From Candidatus Binatia bacterium (lineage in GTDB: Bacteria; Desulfobacterota; Binatia; Bin18), in contig OY761159.2 in the NCBI GenBank assembly GCA_963664395.2, positions 1,248,001 through 1,312,000 on the forward strand: a stretch of 64,000 nucleotides of DNA, read 5' to 3'. The position numbers and the translations under genes are program-made. Below, in pieces: positions 11,293 through 20,868 of this stretch. Within the stretch, counting starts at the first letter, position 1; each line of letters begins with the position of its first letter. A model generated the notes under the pieces. It saw nothing but the letters and a program-made list of their open reading frames with translations, did not search any database and was not told where the DNA came from.

Positions 11293-11320
11293 GGCAGGGC
11301 GACATAGACGGCGCCCTGCC
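11293..11320. terminator. Hairpin between convergent pheT and rplT
   Basis: GGCAGGGCG-N10-CGCCCTGCC; no strong U-tract. Confidence 0.5.
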
Positions 11321-11365
11321 CCTCATTCAGTAGACAAAGGATACGCAAAAGCGCGAAGAGACCTG

Positions 11366-11725
11366 CTAGGCTGCAAGACGCTGCTTCGCCAAGCCTGTGA
11401 CTACGGAAAATGCTTGGGGATCTTGCATGGCCAGGGCGGCCAGAATCTTGCGGTCGATTTCGACACCAGCCTGAGACAGGCCATGAATGAGCCGGCTATA
11501 GCTCAGCCCATTCAGTCGCGCGCCCGCATTAATCCGGACAGTCCATAAACGCCGGAAGTCACGCTTTTTATTCCTTCGGTCTCGGTAAGCGTAGACCAGG
11601 CCCCGTTCGACGGTTTCACGTGCCTGACGATACTGGCGACGACGTCCACCGGTAAACCCTTTGGTAAGTTTGAGAATCCGCTTTCTGCGCCGCCGTGCCT
11701 TAAAGCCGCGTTTTGCGCGTGGCAT
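11366..11725 (-). CDS. rplT: 50S ribosomal protein L20
   Basis: [34 protein letters not shown]. Confidence 0.98.
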   Translation of the reverse strand: MPRAKRGFKARRRRKRILKLTKGFTGGRRRQYRQARETVERGLVYAYRDRRNKKRDFRRLWTVRINAGARLNGLSYSRLIHGLSQAGVEIDRKILAALAMQDPQAFSVVTGLAKQRLAA

Positions 11726-11746
11726 ACTAACTACTCCTCTTCGTCT

Positions 11747-11944
11747 CTATAAGTAGGGAATCAGTTTTTTGATCGCCTTGGCCTCGGATTTTGCGACGAG
11801 TGCTGGCTGACGGAGATTCCGTTTCTGTTTTCGCGTTTTAGTTGAGAGGATATGGCGCAGGTAGGCGCGTCGGCGACGCACCTTGCCGGTTCCTGTGATC
11901 TTAAACCGCTTCGCCGCTCCACGGCGCGTTTTAATCTTGGGCAT
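11747..11944 (-). CDS. rpmI: 50S ribosomal protein L35
   Basis: [21 protein letters not shown]. Confidence 0.98.
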   Translation of the reverse strand: MPKIKTRRGAAKRFKITGTGKVRRRRAYLRHILSTKTRKQKRNLRQPALVAKSEAKAIKKLIPYL

Positions 11945-11946
11945 AG

Positions 11947-12462
11947 TTACCTCGGAACAACAAGAATTGACATATTTCGCCCCTCCATGCGAGGCTGTGC
12001 TGTCTCAAGAGAGGCGACATCTTCGACCTTTTCATACACACGGTTGAGTAATTCTTTTCCAATCTCTGGGTGGGTGATCTCTCGTCCTCGGAAAAAGACA
12101 GAGACCTTGACCCGATGCTTTTTCCCGATAAAGCGACGGATATGGTTAATTTTGAATTCGACGTCGTGCTCACTGGTACGCGCCCCAAGCTTGACTTCTT
12201 TGAGCATCACTTGGGTCTGGTGCTTCTTGGATTCCTGCACCTTCTTTTTCTGCAGATAGCGGTACTTGCCGTAATCCATAATGCGACAGACCGGCGGAGA
12301 AGAACTCGGAGCAATTTCAACAAGGTCAAGCTCTTGGCCGAACGCTGTGCGAAAGGCCTCGCCTAGCGGCTGAATCCCAACCTGCTCCCCATTTGCGTCA
12401 ATGACCCGGACTTCCCGAGCGCGAATCTGCTGGTTTATCCGAGTGCCCGTTTCTCTAGCTAT
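11947..12462 (-). CDS. infC: Translation initiation factor IF-3, non-canonical ATA start
   Basis: The frame extends upstream of the track ORF: ATA GCT AGA GAA...[15 protein letters not shown]...DLVEIAP...[15 protein letters not shown] at 12462-12460, 6 nt after GGAGG. Confidence 0.93.
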   Translation of the reverse strand: MARETGTRINQQIRAREVRVIDANGEQVGIQPLGEAFRTAFGQELDLVEIAPSSSPPVCRIMDYGKYRYLQKKKVQESKKHQTQVMLKEVKLGARTSEHDVEFKINHIRRFIGKKHRVKVSVFFRGREITHPEIGKELLNRVYEKVEDVASLETAQPRMEGRNMSILVVPR

Positions 12463-14315
12463 GATGCACCTCCCGGGATACGTTCATGGTTCAAACGCTC
12501 GACAAGAGCGTGCACGGACAGCGGTGCGATTTTTGCCCGCTTACGCGCCCGTAGAGCGACCGTACCAGATTGCACTTCATTATCCCCAATGACAACAGTG
12601 TACGGGATTTTCTGCATTTCCGATCCTCGGATTTTGTACCCTAGTTTCTCATTCCGCAAGTCCAGCTCACAACGGATCCCGGCCTGTCTGAGCTGTTCGT
12701 CGACTTGCCGCGCATAGGCGTCTTGATTATTTGTCACCGTCACAATCTTCACCTGGACCGGAGCCAACCACAACGGGAAATCTCCACCACAGTGTTCGAT
12801 CAGGACACCCATAAAGCGTTCGATGGAGCCGAGGACGGCGCGATGGATCATCACAGGACGGGCTTCCTCCCCGTGGGTTGTGACGTAGGTCAAGTCAAAG
12901 CGTTCAGGCAGCATAAAGTCGAGCTGAATCGTTGCAAGTTGCCATTTACGGCGTAGGGCGTCGAGTACGATGAAGTCAATTTTTGGTCCGTAAAAGGCGC
13001 CATCCGCCGCATTGACTTCGTAGGGAATCTCATTTGCCTTGAGGGCTCCATCCAGGGCCGCTTCCGCCCTATCCCAGATTGCATCGTCGCCCAGCCGTTT
13101 TTCCGGTCGCGTCGCAAGATAAAAATGTACCTCCTCAAAGCCAAAGGTCCGATAGACTTCGTTAATCATGCGCAGGACGCCACCGACTTCAGCCTCGATT
13201 TGTTCCGGAGTGCAGAAAATATGAGCATCATCCTGAGAGAATGAACGCACCCGAGTCAGGCCGGCTAAGACACCCGAGCGCTCGAAACGATGCAGGCGGG
13301 CAAAGTCCGCATAGCGCAGCGGTAGGTCCCGGTATGAGTGCTTCTTGGCTGCATAGATATAGGTATGACCGGGGCAATTCATGGGCTTGACGCCAAAGCC
13401 GCGCCCTTCAACCTCAGTAAAGAACATATTTTCTTTGTAGTTATCGTAGTGGCCGGAACGGTGCCATAGATCAACATCAAAGATCTGTGGGGTTATTACT
13501 TCCTGGTAGCCATAGCGCTGGTAGAGCCCCCGGATATATGAGACCAGTTCATTATAGATAAAGGCCCCTTTGGGGTGAAAAAATGGACTCCCTGGCGCAA
13601 CTGGATGAAAGCTAAAAAGATCAAGTTCCTTTCCTACGCGACGGTGGTCACGCCGTTTGGCTTCCTCAAGCAATGCGAGGTGTTGACGGAGTTCTTTTGG
13701 CGTGGCAAAGGCAGTCCCGTAGATGCGTTGGAGCATCTCGTTTTTTTCGTCTCCCCGCCAGTACGCCCCGGCTACGCTGGTGAGTTTAAACGCCTGGATG
13801 CTGCCAGTTGACGGAACATGCGGGCCGCGGCACAGGTCAACGAACTCACCCTGGCGATAAAGCGAGAGTATTTCATCCTCCGGGATGCCTTCGATAATCT
13901 CAGCTTTATATTCTTCGCCCATCTCCCGGAATAAACGAACCGCATCATTGCGAGGCACTTCTTCACGGGTGACCGGGAAGTTTTCTTTGACAATAGCCTG
14001 CATCTCCGCTTCGATGCGTTCTAAATCTTCCGGTGTGAAGGAACGCTCGTGCTTAAAGTCGTAGTAGAATCCACTCTCGATAACGGGGCCAATCGTTATT
14101 TGAACTTCAGGAAAGAGGCGTTTGACTGCTTGCGCCATGAGATGGGCAGTCGAATGGCGCAAGACTTCGAGCCCTTCAGGAGAGGAAGGAAGAATAGGCT
14201 CGGCCTCATCAGGGGCCAGGAGGGATGACACGTCAACGACTTTTTCATCCACTCGTGCGGCAATTGCCTTTGAGAAACGCCGGCTTAAGTCTTTATGTTG
14301 AGCAATTTCATTCAT
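12459..14315 (-). CDS. thrS: Threonine--tRNA ligase
   Basis: RHSTAHLMA, DLCRGPH, LQRIYGT, KPMNCPGH, GAFYGPKID, IHRA. Start ATG 14315 or GTG 14342. Confidence 0.97.
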   Translation of the reverse strand: MNEIAQHKDLSRRFSKAIAARVDEKVVDVSSLLAPDEAEPILPSSPEGLEVLRHSTAHLMAQAVKRLFPEVQITIGPVIESGFYYDFKHERSFTPEDLERIEAEMQAIVKENFPVTREEVPRNDAVRLFREMGEEYKAEIIEGIPEDEILSLYRQGEFVDLCRGPHVPSTGSIQAFKLTSVAGAYWRGDEKNEMLQRIYGTAFATPKELRQHLALLEEAKRRDHRRVGKELDLFSFHPVAPGSPFFHPKGAFIYNELVSYIRGLYQRYGYQEVITPQIFDVDLWHRSGHYDNYKENMFFTEVEGRGFGVKPMNCPGHTYIYAAKKHSYRDLPLRYADFARLHRFERSGVLAGLTRVRSFSQDDAHIFCTPEQIEAEVGGVLRMINEVYRTFGFEEVHFYLATRPEKRLGDDAIWDRAEAALDGALKANEIPYEVNAADGAFYGPKIDFIVLDALRRKWQLATIQLDFMLPERFDLTYVTTHGEEARPVMIHRAVLGSIERFMGVLIEHCGGDFPLWLAPVQVKIVTVTNNQDAYARQVDEQLRQAGIRCELDLRNEKLGYKIRGSEMQKIPYTVVIGDNEVQSGTVALRARKRAKIAPLSVHALVERLNHERIPGGAS

Positions 14316-14323
14316 ATGGAAAA

Positions 14324-14356
14324 GGAAAGAGGCATCAGTCACAGATGCCTCTTTCC
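14324..14356 (-). promoter_or_regulatory. Perfect 13-bp stem-loop immediately upstream of thrS (tRNA terminator and/or translational operator)
   Basis: Minus strand GGAAAGAGGCATC-TGTGACT-GATGCCTCTTTCC, then TTTTCCAT and the ATG. Confidence 0.6.
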
Positions 14357-14442
14357 CCTCTATTCACACATAAGAGGGGTCTCTTTACCTCGGTGTCATA
14401 GATATATGCATACGCTCTGATTTGTACGATATTTTATAGGCA

Positions 14443-14514
14443 TAGGCACGGGCGGGATCGAACCGCCGACCCCTTCCGCGTCAAGGAAGTGCTCTCCCAC
14501 TGAGCTACGTGCCT
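14443..14514 (-). tRNA. tRNA-Val (GAC)
   Basis: AGGCACGTAGCTCAGTGGGAGAGCACTTCCTT-GAC-GCGGAAGGGGTCGGCGGTTCGATCCCGCCCGTGCCTA; CCA not encoded. Confidence 0.95.
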
Positions 14515-14591
14515 GCAGCTCGCCCCACTGTTCAACATGTCAATATGCGCTTGGTGCGTACCAATTTTCCTAGAGTGTGTCAAGAAAATGA

Positions 14592-15044
14592 TCAATCCGC
14601 ACTTTCCGGATTGATCCGAACGGTGACACTAGCTCCAACGCCTCCACCGAGACGAATAGGCACGGTATAGGTACCAAGCTGTTTAATGGGCTCTGCAAGG
14701 ATGATTTTTCGTCGGTCTATGGTCACGCCTTGTTTCCGGAGCGCCTTTTCAATATCGATGTTCGTCACAGAGCCAAATAGCTTGTCTTCTTCTCCAGCAC
14801 GCGCGGCGATAGCCAAGGTGAGGCTGGACAGCCGCTCACGTACGGCGTTCGCGTTCTCTTGCGCGCGTTCTCTTTTCGTTGCAGCGAGACGTTTTTGGTG
14901 CTCTAAGACCCGAACGTTACGCCGGCTGGCCCTAAGCGCAAGGCCGCGTGGGAGCAAATAGTTCCGAGCGTATCCATCTCTGACTTTGATAATGTCGCCG
15001 ATTTCTCCAATATTTTCGACGTCTTCTTGTAAAATAATCTCCAT
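14592..15044 (-). CDS. rplI: 50S ribosomal protein L9
   Basis: MEIILQEDV...VRDGYARNYLLPRG...KLFGSVT. Confidence 0.97.
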   Translation of the reverse strand: MEIILQEDVENIGEIGDIIKVRDGYARNYLLPRGLALRASRRNVRVLEHQKRLAATKRERAQENANAVRERLSSLTLAIAARAGEEDKLFGSVTNIDIEKALRKQGVTIDRRKIILAEPIKQLGTYTVPIRLGGGVGASVTVRINPESAD

Positions 15045-15110
15045 ACTGGCCCTTACTTTACGGGAGCATAGGTTAAAACACAACTAAACGGAGGACATCA
15101 GGAAGACGGC

Positions 15111-15386
15111 CTATACCTGCGCCGAAACGTAGGGGAGTAAGGCTATCGCACGCGATTGTTTAATCGCCAAGGTGAGTTTCCTCTGATGCCACATGCAGGT
15201 ACCGGTGATGCGACTCGGGATAATCTTTCCACGCTCAGTAACAAAATCTTTGAGTGTGGCGGTTTCTTTGTAGTCAATGAAATCACGTTTATCTACGCAG
15301 AAACGGCAGACTTTACGCCGCATACGTCGGGGATATCGGTCATCACCGCCTCGTCGGTTAAATGTCCCTCTGGGTGGTCTTGCCAT
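15111..15386 (-). CDS. rpsR: 30S ribosomal protein S18
   Basis: RRKVCRFC...IDYK...[12 protein letters not shown]...ALLPY; ATG at 15386. Confidence 0.97.
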   Translation of the reverse strand: MARPPRGTFNRRGGDDRYPRRMRRKVCRFCVDKRDFIDYKETATLKDFVTERGKIIPSRITGTCMWHQRKLTLAIKQSRAIALLPYVSAQV

Positions 15387-15435
15387 AGCTACTCCCTCTA
15401 CTCTTTCGCTCGTGGTCCGCAGGATGCAGTGTTCT

Positions 15436-15750
15436 TTATTCCTCAAGAATACGGATCGTTGTCGCGTGCACTTCATACACTCTTTGTCTTGCACCTGCCG
15501 CTTTATTCCCCCGATATGCTGCAAGCATCCCCTCTACCAAAACGGCCTGTCCAGTTGTCAACACCGGACAATACTCCTCTGCAAGCGTCCGAAAAGCAAC
15601 AATGTCAACAAGTAAATCTTCTTCTTTCTCTCGACTTTTCGGTACGCATAAGGAAAACGCACCAACGGCAACGCCCTGTGGTGTACGACGCAGTTCCGGA
15701 CTTCTCTCAATCCGTCCGGCAAAGATCACTTTATTATAGCCTTTCCTCAC
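15436..15750 (-). CDS. Short single-OB-fold ssDNA-binding protein (PriB-like or divergent SSB)
   Basis: [37 protein letters not shown]. 104 aa, no DDIPF tail, located between rpsF and rpsR. Confidence 0.75.
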   Translation of the reverse strand: MRKGYNKVIFAGRIERSPELRRTPQGVAVGAFSLCVPKSREKEEDLLVDIVAFRTLAEEYCPVLTTGQAVLVEGMLAAYRGNKAAGARQRVYEVHATTIRILEE

Positions 15751-15759
15751 TCAAGCAGC

Positions 15760-16299
15760 TCATTCCTCGTCCGTCTTTTCCTCCGAATCAGTCTGCGCCT
15801 CGGTCGTTTCCGAACCCTCTCCCTCTTGGGCCTCCGCCTGCGCCTCGGTCGCCGTCTCTTCTGCATTCGCTACGGCAGCACTTAAAGCAGAGCTGGCAGG
15901 GCTGACAGGATTGGCAGCCCCCGCTGGCGTCGGATCCGTATCCGCCTTAAGTGGACGGCTTGCAGGCCGGTCAGTTAAGCCACCCGGAGGAATGGGAGAC
16001 TGTCCGTCCGAGGGAGCGGAGCGCGCGACGGATAAAAAGCGCATTGCGTCTTCACTCAACCGTAAGCCTCGCTCAAGATCTTTTACCGCTTGGGGGAGAG
16101 ATTCATACTCCAAACGCACATAGTAGCCGCGTCTCTGCTTTTGAATGTCGTAGGCTAAATTCCGCAGCCCCCACTCTTCAACCTGCAACAGACTCGCCTG
16201 GCTCTCCTCCAAAGTCTTTTGCAGCCCTTCAATCACGTCCTTCACCCGTGCTTCAGACAGTTCTGGGTGGAGAATGCATACTGTTTCATAAATCGGCAT
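15760..16299 (-). CDS. rpsF: 30S ribosomal protein S6 with long low-complexity acidic tail
   Basis: YETVCILHP...EEWGLRNLAYDIQK...GYY...MRFLSV. Confidence 0.95.
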   Translation of the reverse strand: MPIYETVCILHPELSEARVKDVIEGLQKTLEESQASLLQVEEWGLRNLAYDIQKQRRGYYVRLEYESLPQAVKDLERGLRLSEDAMRFLSVARSAPSDGQSPIPPGGLTDRPASRPLKADTDPTPAGAANPVSPASSALSAAVANAEETATEAQAEAQEGEGSETTEAQTDSEEKTDEE

Positions 16300-16367
16300 G
16301 AACTCCTCCGATGGACTTCTCTCAATCTTCGTGCGCCTCTAACGCTGAGCGGATGAGGCTGGATTTT

Positions 16368-16970
16368 TCAACTCGCCTCCTGCACGGATCGTGCGAGCGT
16401 CACAGAAGCCACGCTATTACACGACGCCATAGCACGCTCGAGCCCGTCTGTAAGAATAATCTCAACTGCGCCAGCTGCACGTTGTGCCGCCGGGAGAATA
16501 AAGGCTTCTTCCTCCTGAGTAAAGGGCTGAAGAACAAAGTCGGCGGTATCAAGCCCTGCAGGAGGACGGCCAATTCCAACCTTTATACGGGCAAAGTCCG
16601 GGCTTTCCAGAGCTGTAATAATCGAGGCCAAGCCACGATGTCCGCCTGAACCGCCAGTCCGTTTAATACGCAGGTGACCAAGCGGAATGTCTACATCATC
16701 ATACACAACTATACAATCTGTTGGCTGCAATTGATATGTTTCACACACGCACGCAGCGGTCTGTCCACTGTAGTTCATAGAAGTCTGCGGCTGAATAAGG
16801 CCAACCTCTTTTTCGTTCCAATGCGTCCAGGCTACCCGGGAGGAGCACGCAGACTGAGACAGCTGAGTCCACCAGCGTTTCGCCAGGATCTCAATTACCC
16901 AAAAGCCAATATTATGGCGGGTTTTTTCGTAGTCCCGGCCAGGGTTTCCGAGCCCAATAATCACGGACAT
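16368..16970 (-). CDS. pth: Peptidyl-tRNA hydrolase
   Basis: IGLGNPG..Y..TRHNIGF, GGSGGHRG, IKVGIGRP. Confidence 0.96.
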   Translation of the reverse strand: MSVIIGLGNPGRDYEKTRHNIGFWVIEILAKRWWTQLSQSACSSRVAWTHWNEKEVGLIQPQTSMNYSGQTAACVCETYQLQPTDCIVVYDDVDIPLGHLRIKRTGGSGGHRGLASIITALESPDFARIKVGIGRPPAGLDTADFVLQPFTQEEEAFILPAAQRAAGAVEIILTDGLERAMASCNSVASVTLARSVQEAS

Positions 16971-17017
16971 GGACCTATAGTGAGGAGTGCCACATGCGCC
17001 TTATCTGCAGCTCCCCC

Positions 17018-17674
17018 TCACTCAGCCGGTGCATCGCCACTCGGGGTCGCACCTTCTGCCGGCGCAACTCCGTCCTCGGCTACGCCTGCTTCATCCTCTT
17101 CTGGCTCTAGTTCCGCAACCGGAGCAGCTACAGAGGCAAGCATGAGCTGAGCGTCCTCAAGAGTTGAGACTCCAGACGGTAATTTCAAATCCTCAACCCG
17201 AATAGCATCGTTGATCTCGAGGGGCGTCACATCAATCTCAAGACTCTCAGGGATATCAAGCGGAAGGCACTCCACCATGATTTCACGGCGGAGGTGATGT
17301 AAAAATCCGCCGGCAGTGACGCCCTCCGCTTTGCCAGTAAGGTGGACGGGCACACTGACTTGAATCGGCACGTTGACATCAATCTCATAGAAGTCGATGT
17401 GAAGTGGGGCTGTGGTCACGGGGTGATGCTGGACATCCTTGAGTAGTACGATTTTCCCATTGAGGTCTGTGGTCTGTGAGAGAAATTCAATAAGCTGAGA
17501 CCCCTCTAAGCCTTCAACTTTATATTGGAATTCCCGAGTATTCACACAGACTGAAACTGTATTTTTTCCTGGACCATAAAAGACGCCAGGAACGCTACCG
17601 CTTCGTCGGAGCCGGCCCATTTGCCCTTTGCCTTTTTCTTGTCGTTGTTCAACACTCAGCTTTATGGTTGCCAT
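17018..17674 (-). CDS. rplY: 50S ribosomal protein L25 / CTC
   Basis: RLRRSGSVPGVFYG, DVQHHPV, HIDFY, C-terminal TL5 domain. Confidence 0.95.
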   Translation of the reverse strand: MATIKLSVEQRQEKGKGQMGRLRRSGSVPGVFYGPGKNTVSVCVNTREFQYKVEGLEGSQLIEFLSQTTDLNGKIVLLKDVQHHPVTTAPLHIDFYEIDVNVPIQVSVPVHLTGKAEGVTAGGFLHHLRREIMVECLPLDIPESLEIDVTPLEINDAIRVEDLKLPSGVSTLEDAQLMLASVAAPVAELEPEEDEAGVAEDGVAPAEGATPSGDAPAE

Positions 17675-17697
17675 TGTTTCCCTTCTCTCTCAACAGC

Positions 17698-18663
17698 TTA
17701 CACGAACAAGGAGCTAATGGATTCTTCATTGTGAATCCGGCGGATAGACTCTCCGATCAGGGTGGCAAGTGAGAGGACACGGACTTTTCCAGTCCCTAGC
17801 GCCTCTGGCGTAATGGGGATGGAATTGGTAACCACCAACTCTTCAAGAGTAGAAGTCCGCACTCGCTCTATAGCCGGGCCGGATAGCACGGCATGCGTAC
17901 AACAGGCGATCACAGCTTGTGCCCCAGCATCTTGAAGCCCTTTTGCCGCTGCGGTTAACGTTCCGGCTGTGTCCACCATATCATCGACGAGAATAGCGAT
18001 ACGACCATCGACTTCACCGATCACATTCATCTCAACAACATCACGGTTCGCCTTCCCTCCACTCTCGCTTTCATCCTCCTGCGCGCGGCGCTTGTCAATA
18101 ATGGCGAGTGAGGCACCCATACGCTTCGCAAACGCACGTGCGCGCTCCACTCCTCCCGCATCAGGCGACACCACGCTGACAGGTTCATCGCCAATGCGAG
18201 AACGCAAATACGGCAATAAGACCGGGGCAGAAAAAAGATTGTCTACTGGAATATTGAAAAACCCCTGTATTTGCCCCGCATGAAGCTCTGCCGTGAGCAC
18301 TCGTGAGGCCCCCGCCGTGGTCAGCAGGTCAGCGACCAGTTTGGCGCTGATAGGAACCCGCGGCGCAACCTTCCGATCCTGGCGGGCATAGCCGTAGTAC
18401 GGAATCACTGCCGTGATTCGGTTGGCGGACGCCCGTTTAAAGGCGTCAATCATCAGCAGGAGTTCCATCAGATTATCGTTTCCTGGCGTACAGATGGACT
18501 GGACAACAAAAATATCCCCTCCACGTACATTCTCGGTAATCTCAACCGCAATCTCGCCATCGCTGAACGTACGAATGTCAGCCGCCCCGAGCGAGGTTCC
18601 CAGATAGGCGCATATTTCTTGTGCAAGCGGACGATTTGAGTTCCCGGAAAATATTTTTAGCAC
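17698..18663 (-). CDS. prs: Ribose-phosphate pyrophosphokinase
   Basis: [50 protein letters not shown] start inferred; the track ORF runs on into the tRNA. Confidence 0.95.
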   Translation of the reverse strand: MLKIFSGNSNRPLAQEICAYLGTSLGAADIRTFSDGEIAVEITENVRGGDIFVVQSICTPGNDNLMELLLMIDAFKRASANRITAVIPYYGYARQDRKVAPRVPISAKLVADLLTTAGASRVLTAELHAGQIQGFFNIPVDNLFSAPVLLPYLRSRIGDEPVSVVSPDAGGVERARAFAKRMGASLAIIDKRRAQEDESESGGKANRDVVEMNVIGEVDGRIAILVDDMVDTAGTLTAAAKGLQDAGAQAVIACCTHAVLSGPAIERVRTSTLEELVVTNSIPITPEALGTGKVRVLSLATLIGESIRRIHNEESISSLFV

Positions 18664-18729
18664 GGCGGGGTATCTCACATGGATGGGGGGATGAACATCG
18701 TCATTTTGTGATCGTGCCCGGAAAGGGAG

Positions 18730-18803
18730 CTGGGGAGGCAGGATTCGAACCTGCGAGTGCCGGGACCAAAACCCGGTGCCTTGCCTGACTTGGCGACTCC
18801 CCA
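18730..18803 (-). tRNA. tRNA-Gln (UUG)
   Basis: TGGGGAGTCGCCAAGTCAGGCAAGGCACCGGGTT-TTG-GTCCCGGCACTCGCAGGTTCGAATCCTGCCTCCCCAG; usual ispE-tRNA-Gln-prs position. Confidence 0.95.
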
Positions 18804-19026
18804 CCAGGATAGCAGTGACAGCCGTATTTCTCTCGGTCGCTCAGCTTCTCTTTTCTTCTCGTATGTCGGTGTTCCACCACTATAACTGCCAGCTGTATTG
18901 GACAAGCTTCTGAAGAATCCGATTGTTTAGTGAAATCAAGAGATTATAGACTTTTCCGCATTTGCTCAAGGCTACGATCCTTAGCATCCTTCTCTGGAAA
19001 AGTCTACCTGGCCCTGCGGCCATGGA

Positions 19027-19914
19027 TCAACTGTTGTCTTGAGTGGAAGCATTCTCCAACAGTGTCACAACAAATATGTTTTCCGAGCCAGCCAAGGCTG
19101 CCGCAGCTTGCGTAGCGTCCTCCTGCTTCGCGAAGACACCAAAGACGGCAGATCCACTCCCAGACATCAGCGCCACTTCTGCACCAAGTACGGAGAGTTG
19201 CTTTTTTCTGTCCGCAAGAAGGGGATACTCCGGCAGGACAGCCTGTTCAAGGTCATTAACCAAGAGGGCCGTATCTGGCCATTGCTTCGCGCCGACTGGT
19301 GGAGTCCAGTCGATTTCACGAGACTTCAGACCTGCTGAGTCCAGCTGAAGCTCATCGAAACGTTGATACGCCCACGGAGTTGAAACAGAAAAGGCTGGGA
19401 CCACAATGACGAGCCAGCGTTGCGGGGGAGGTGGAAGCGGCGTTAAGACTTCCCCAATCCCCCCCACCCGAGCCACCTCACACGGCACGAAAAAGGGAAC
19501 GTCTGCACCAAGTTGGGCGGCAAGCCGACACAAATGGACAGTGTTGAGTCCGAGTGATAATTCCTGGTTGAGCGCTTTCAGCACAGCCGCAGCATCGCTA
19601 CTGCCGCCGCCTAATCCTGCACCAGCAGGGATGTTCTTCTGCAAAGCAATCGTGATGTGTACACCTATGCCAGCTTCTTGACAGAGCAGGGAAGCCGCTC
19701 GATAGGCGAGATTCGATTGATCGGTAGGAATTGTTGGATCATCACACGTCACCCAAATGTGTTGCTCCGTACCCCCCGTTCTGCCAGTTGTGATTTCAAT
19801 TTCGTCATACAGGCTGACGGGAGCCATCAGGGAATCGAGCAAGTGGTAGCCATCGGCTCGCCGGCCAACAATGCGTAAAAAAAGATTGACTTTTGCGGGC
19901 GCAAGAACACGCAT
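19027..19914 (-). CDS. ispE: 4-diphosphocytidyl-2-C-methyl-D-erythritol kinase
   Basis: APAKVNLFL, KNIPAGAGLGGGSSDAA, LGADVPFF, MSGSGS. Confidence 0.96.
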   Translation of the reverse strand: MRVLAPAKVNLFLRIVGRRADGYHLLDSLMAPVSLYDEIEITTGRTGGTEQHIWVTCDDPTIPTDQSNLAYRAASLLCQEAGIGVHITIALQKNIPAGAGLGGGSSDAAAVLKALNQELSLGLNTVHLCRLAAQLGADVPFFVPCEVARVGGIGEVLTPLPPPPQRWLVIVVPAFSVSTPWAYQRFDELQLDSAGLKSREIDWTPPVGAKQWPDTALLVNDLEQAVLPEYPLLADRKKQLSVLGAEVALMSGSGSAVFGVFAKQEDATQAAAALAGSENIFVVTLLENASTQDNS

Positions 19915-19974
19915 GACTTTTTCCCTGTCTGGCTTTATAGTGCAGACCACAACTGCACTTGCCACAATACCGAT

Positions 19975-20778
19975 ATGCAAGACTTCATAACAGCCGCCCA
20001 AGAGGTTGCGTTGGCTATTGCCCAACAAGCTGGGGAGTTTCTCAAGGAAAACCGGCTGAAGACAAAACAGGTCAGTGTGAAAACCGATATGGTCGACTTA
20101 GTCACCAATGTGGACAGAGCGGCCGACCGGCTGATTACCGAGCAGCTCCGCGCCCGCTTCCCCCTCCATACCATTATCGCCGAGGAGTCCGCTCAATCTG
20201 GTCCTGAGAGCCCATATTGTTGGTATATTGACCCCCTGGACGGCACAACAAACTTCGCTCATACCTATCCGCATTTTGCCGTCTCTCTGGCCCTCACGCA
20301 TAAGTCCGAAGCGATCATTGGCGTTGTTCATGACCCCATTCGGAACGAGACGTTCAGCGCGCGGCGTGGGAGGGGAGCGCAACTCAATGGAAATCCGATT
20401 CGTGTTTCCCCAGCATCCCGGCTTGACCAGAGTCTCCTGCTCACCGGATTCCCTTACGACCGCCGCAAACACAGCGCCTTTTATTTGCGTTACTACGAAG
20501 CCTTTATGCTGCGAACGCATGGGGTAAGACGGAGTGGGTCGGCCGCGCTGGACTTGTGCTATGTGGCGTGTGGTCGAGCCGATGCCTTTTGGGAATGGCG
20601 ACTCCATCCGTGGGATATTGCCGCAGGCGCGCTGATTGTCGAAGAGGCAGGAGGGCGGACCAGCGATTTCTCCGGCCATACGCTCGATCTCCATGGCGAA
20701 CAAACCCTGGCCTCAAATGGCCACCTGCACAGCGCGGTTCTGGACGTCCTGAAGCAACTCCCCAGCAGCCCTGCCTAA
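19975..20778 (+). CDS. suhB: Inositol monophosphatase
   Basis: WYIDPLDGTTNF, GSAALDLCYVACG, WDIAAG. Confidence 0.93.
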   Translation: MQDFITAAQEVALAIAQQAGEFLKENRLKTKQVSVKTDMVDLVTNVDRAADRLITEQLRARFPLHTIIAEESAQSGPESPYCWYIDPLDGTTNFAHTYPHFAVSLALTHKSEAIIGVVHDPIRNETFSARRGRGAQLNGNPIRVSPASRLDQSLLLTGFPYDRRKHSAFYLRYYEAFMLRTHGVRRSGSAALDLCYVACGRADAFWEWRLHPWDIAAGALIVEEAGGRTSDFSGHTLDLHGEQTLASNGHLHSAVLDVLKQLPSSPA

Positions 20779-20868
20779 AACCGTTCTGTTCTGGAGCAGC
20801 AGCGGACAAAATGTGCGGCTGGGGTTGTGCTCAATGAGCAGCCGGGTTATCGATAGAAAAATCCGTGC

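Noticed and set aside
18664-18804. N-terminal extension of Prs in the ORF track
   Set aside because: It runs through tRNA-Gln; Prs homology begins near 18663.
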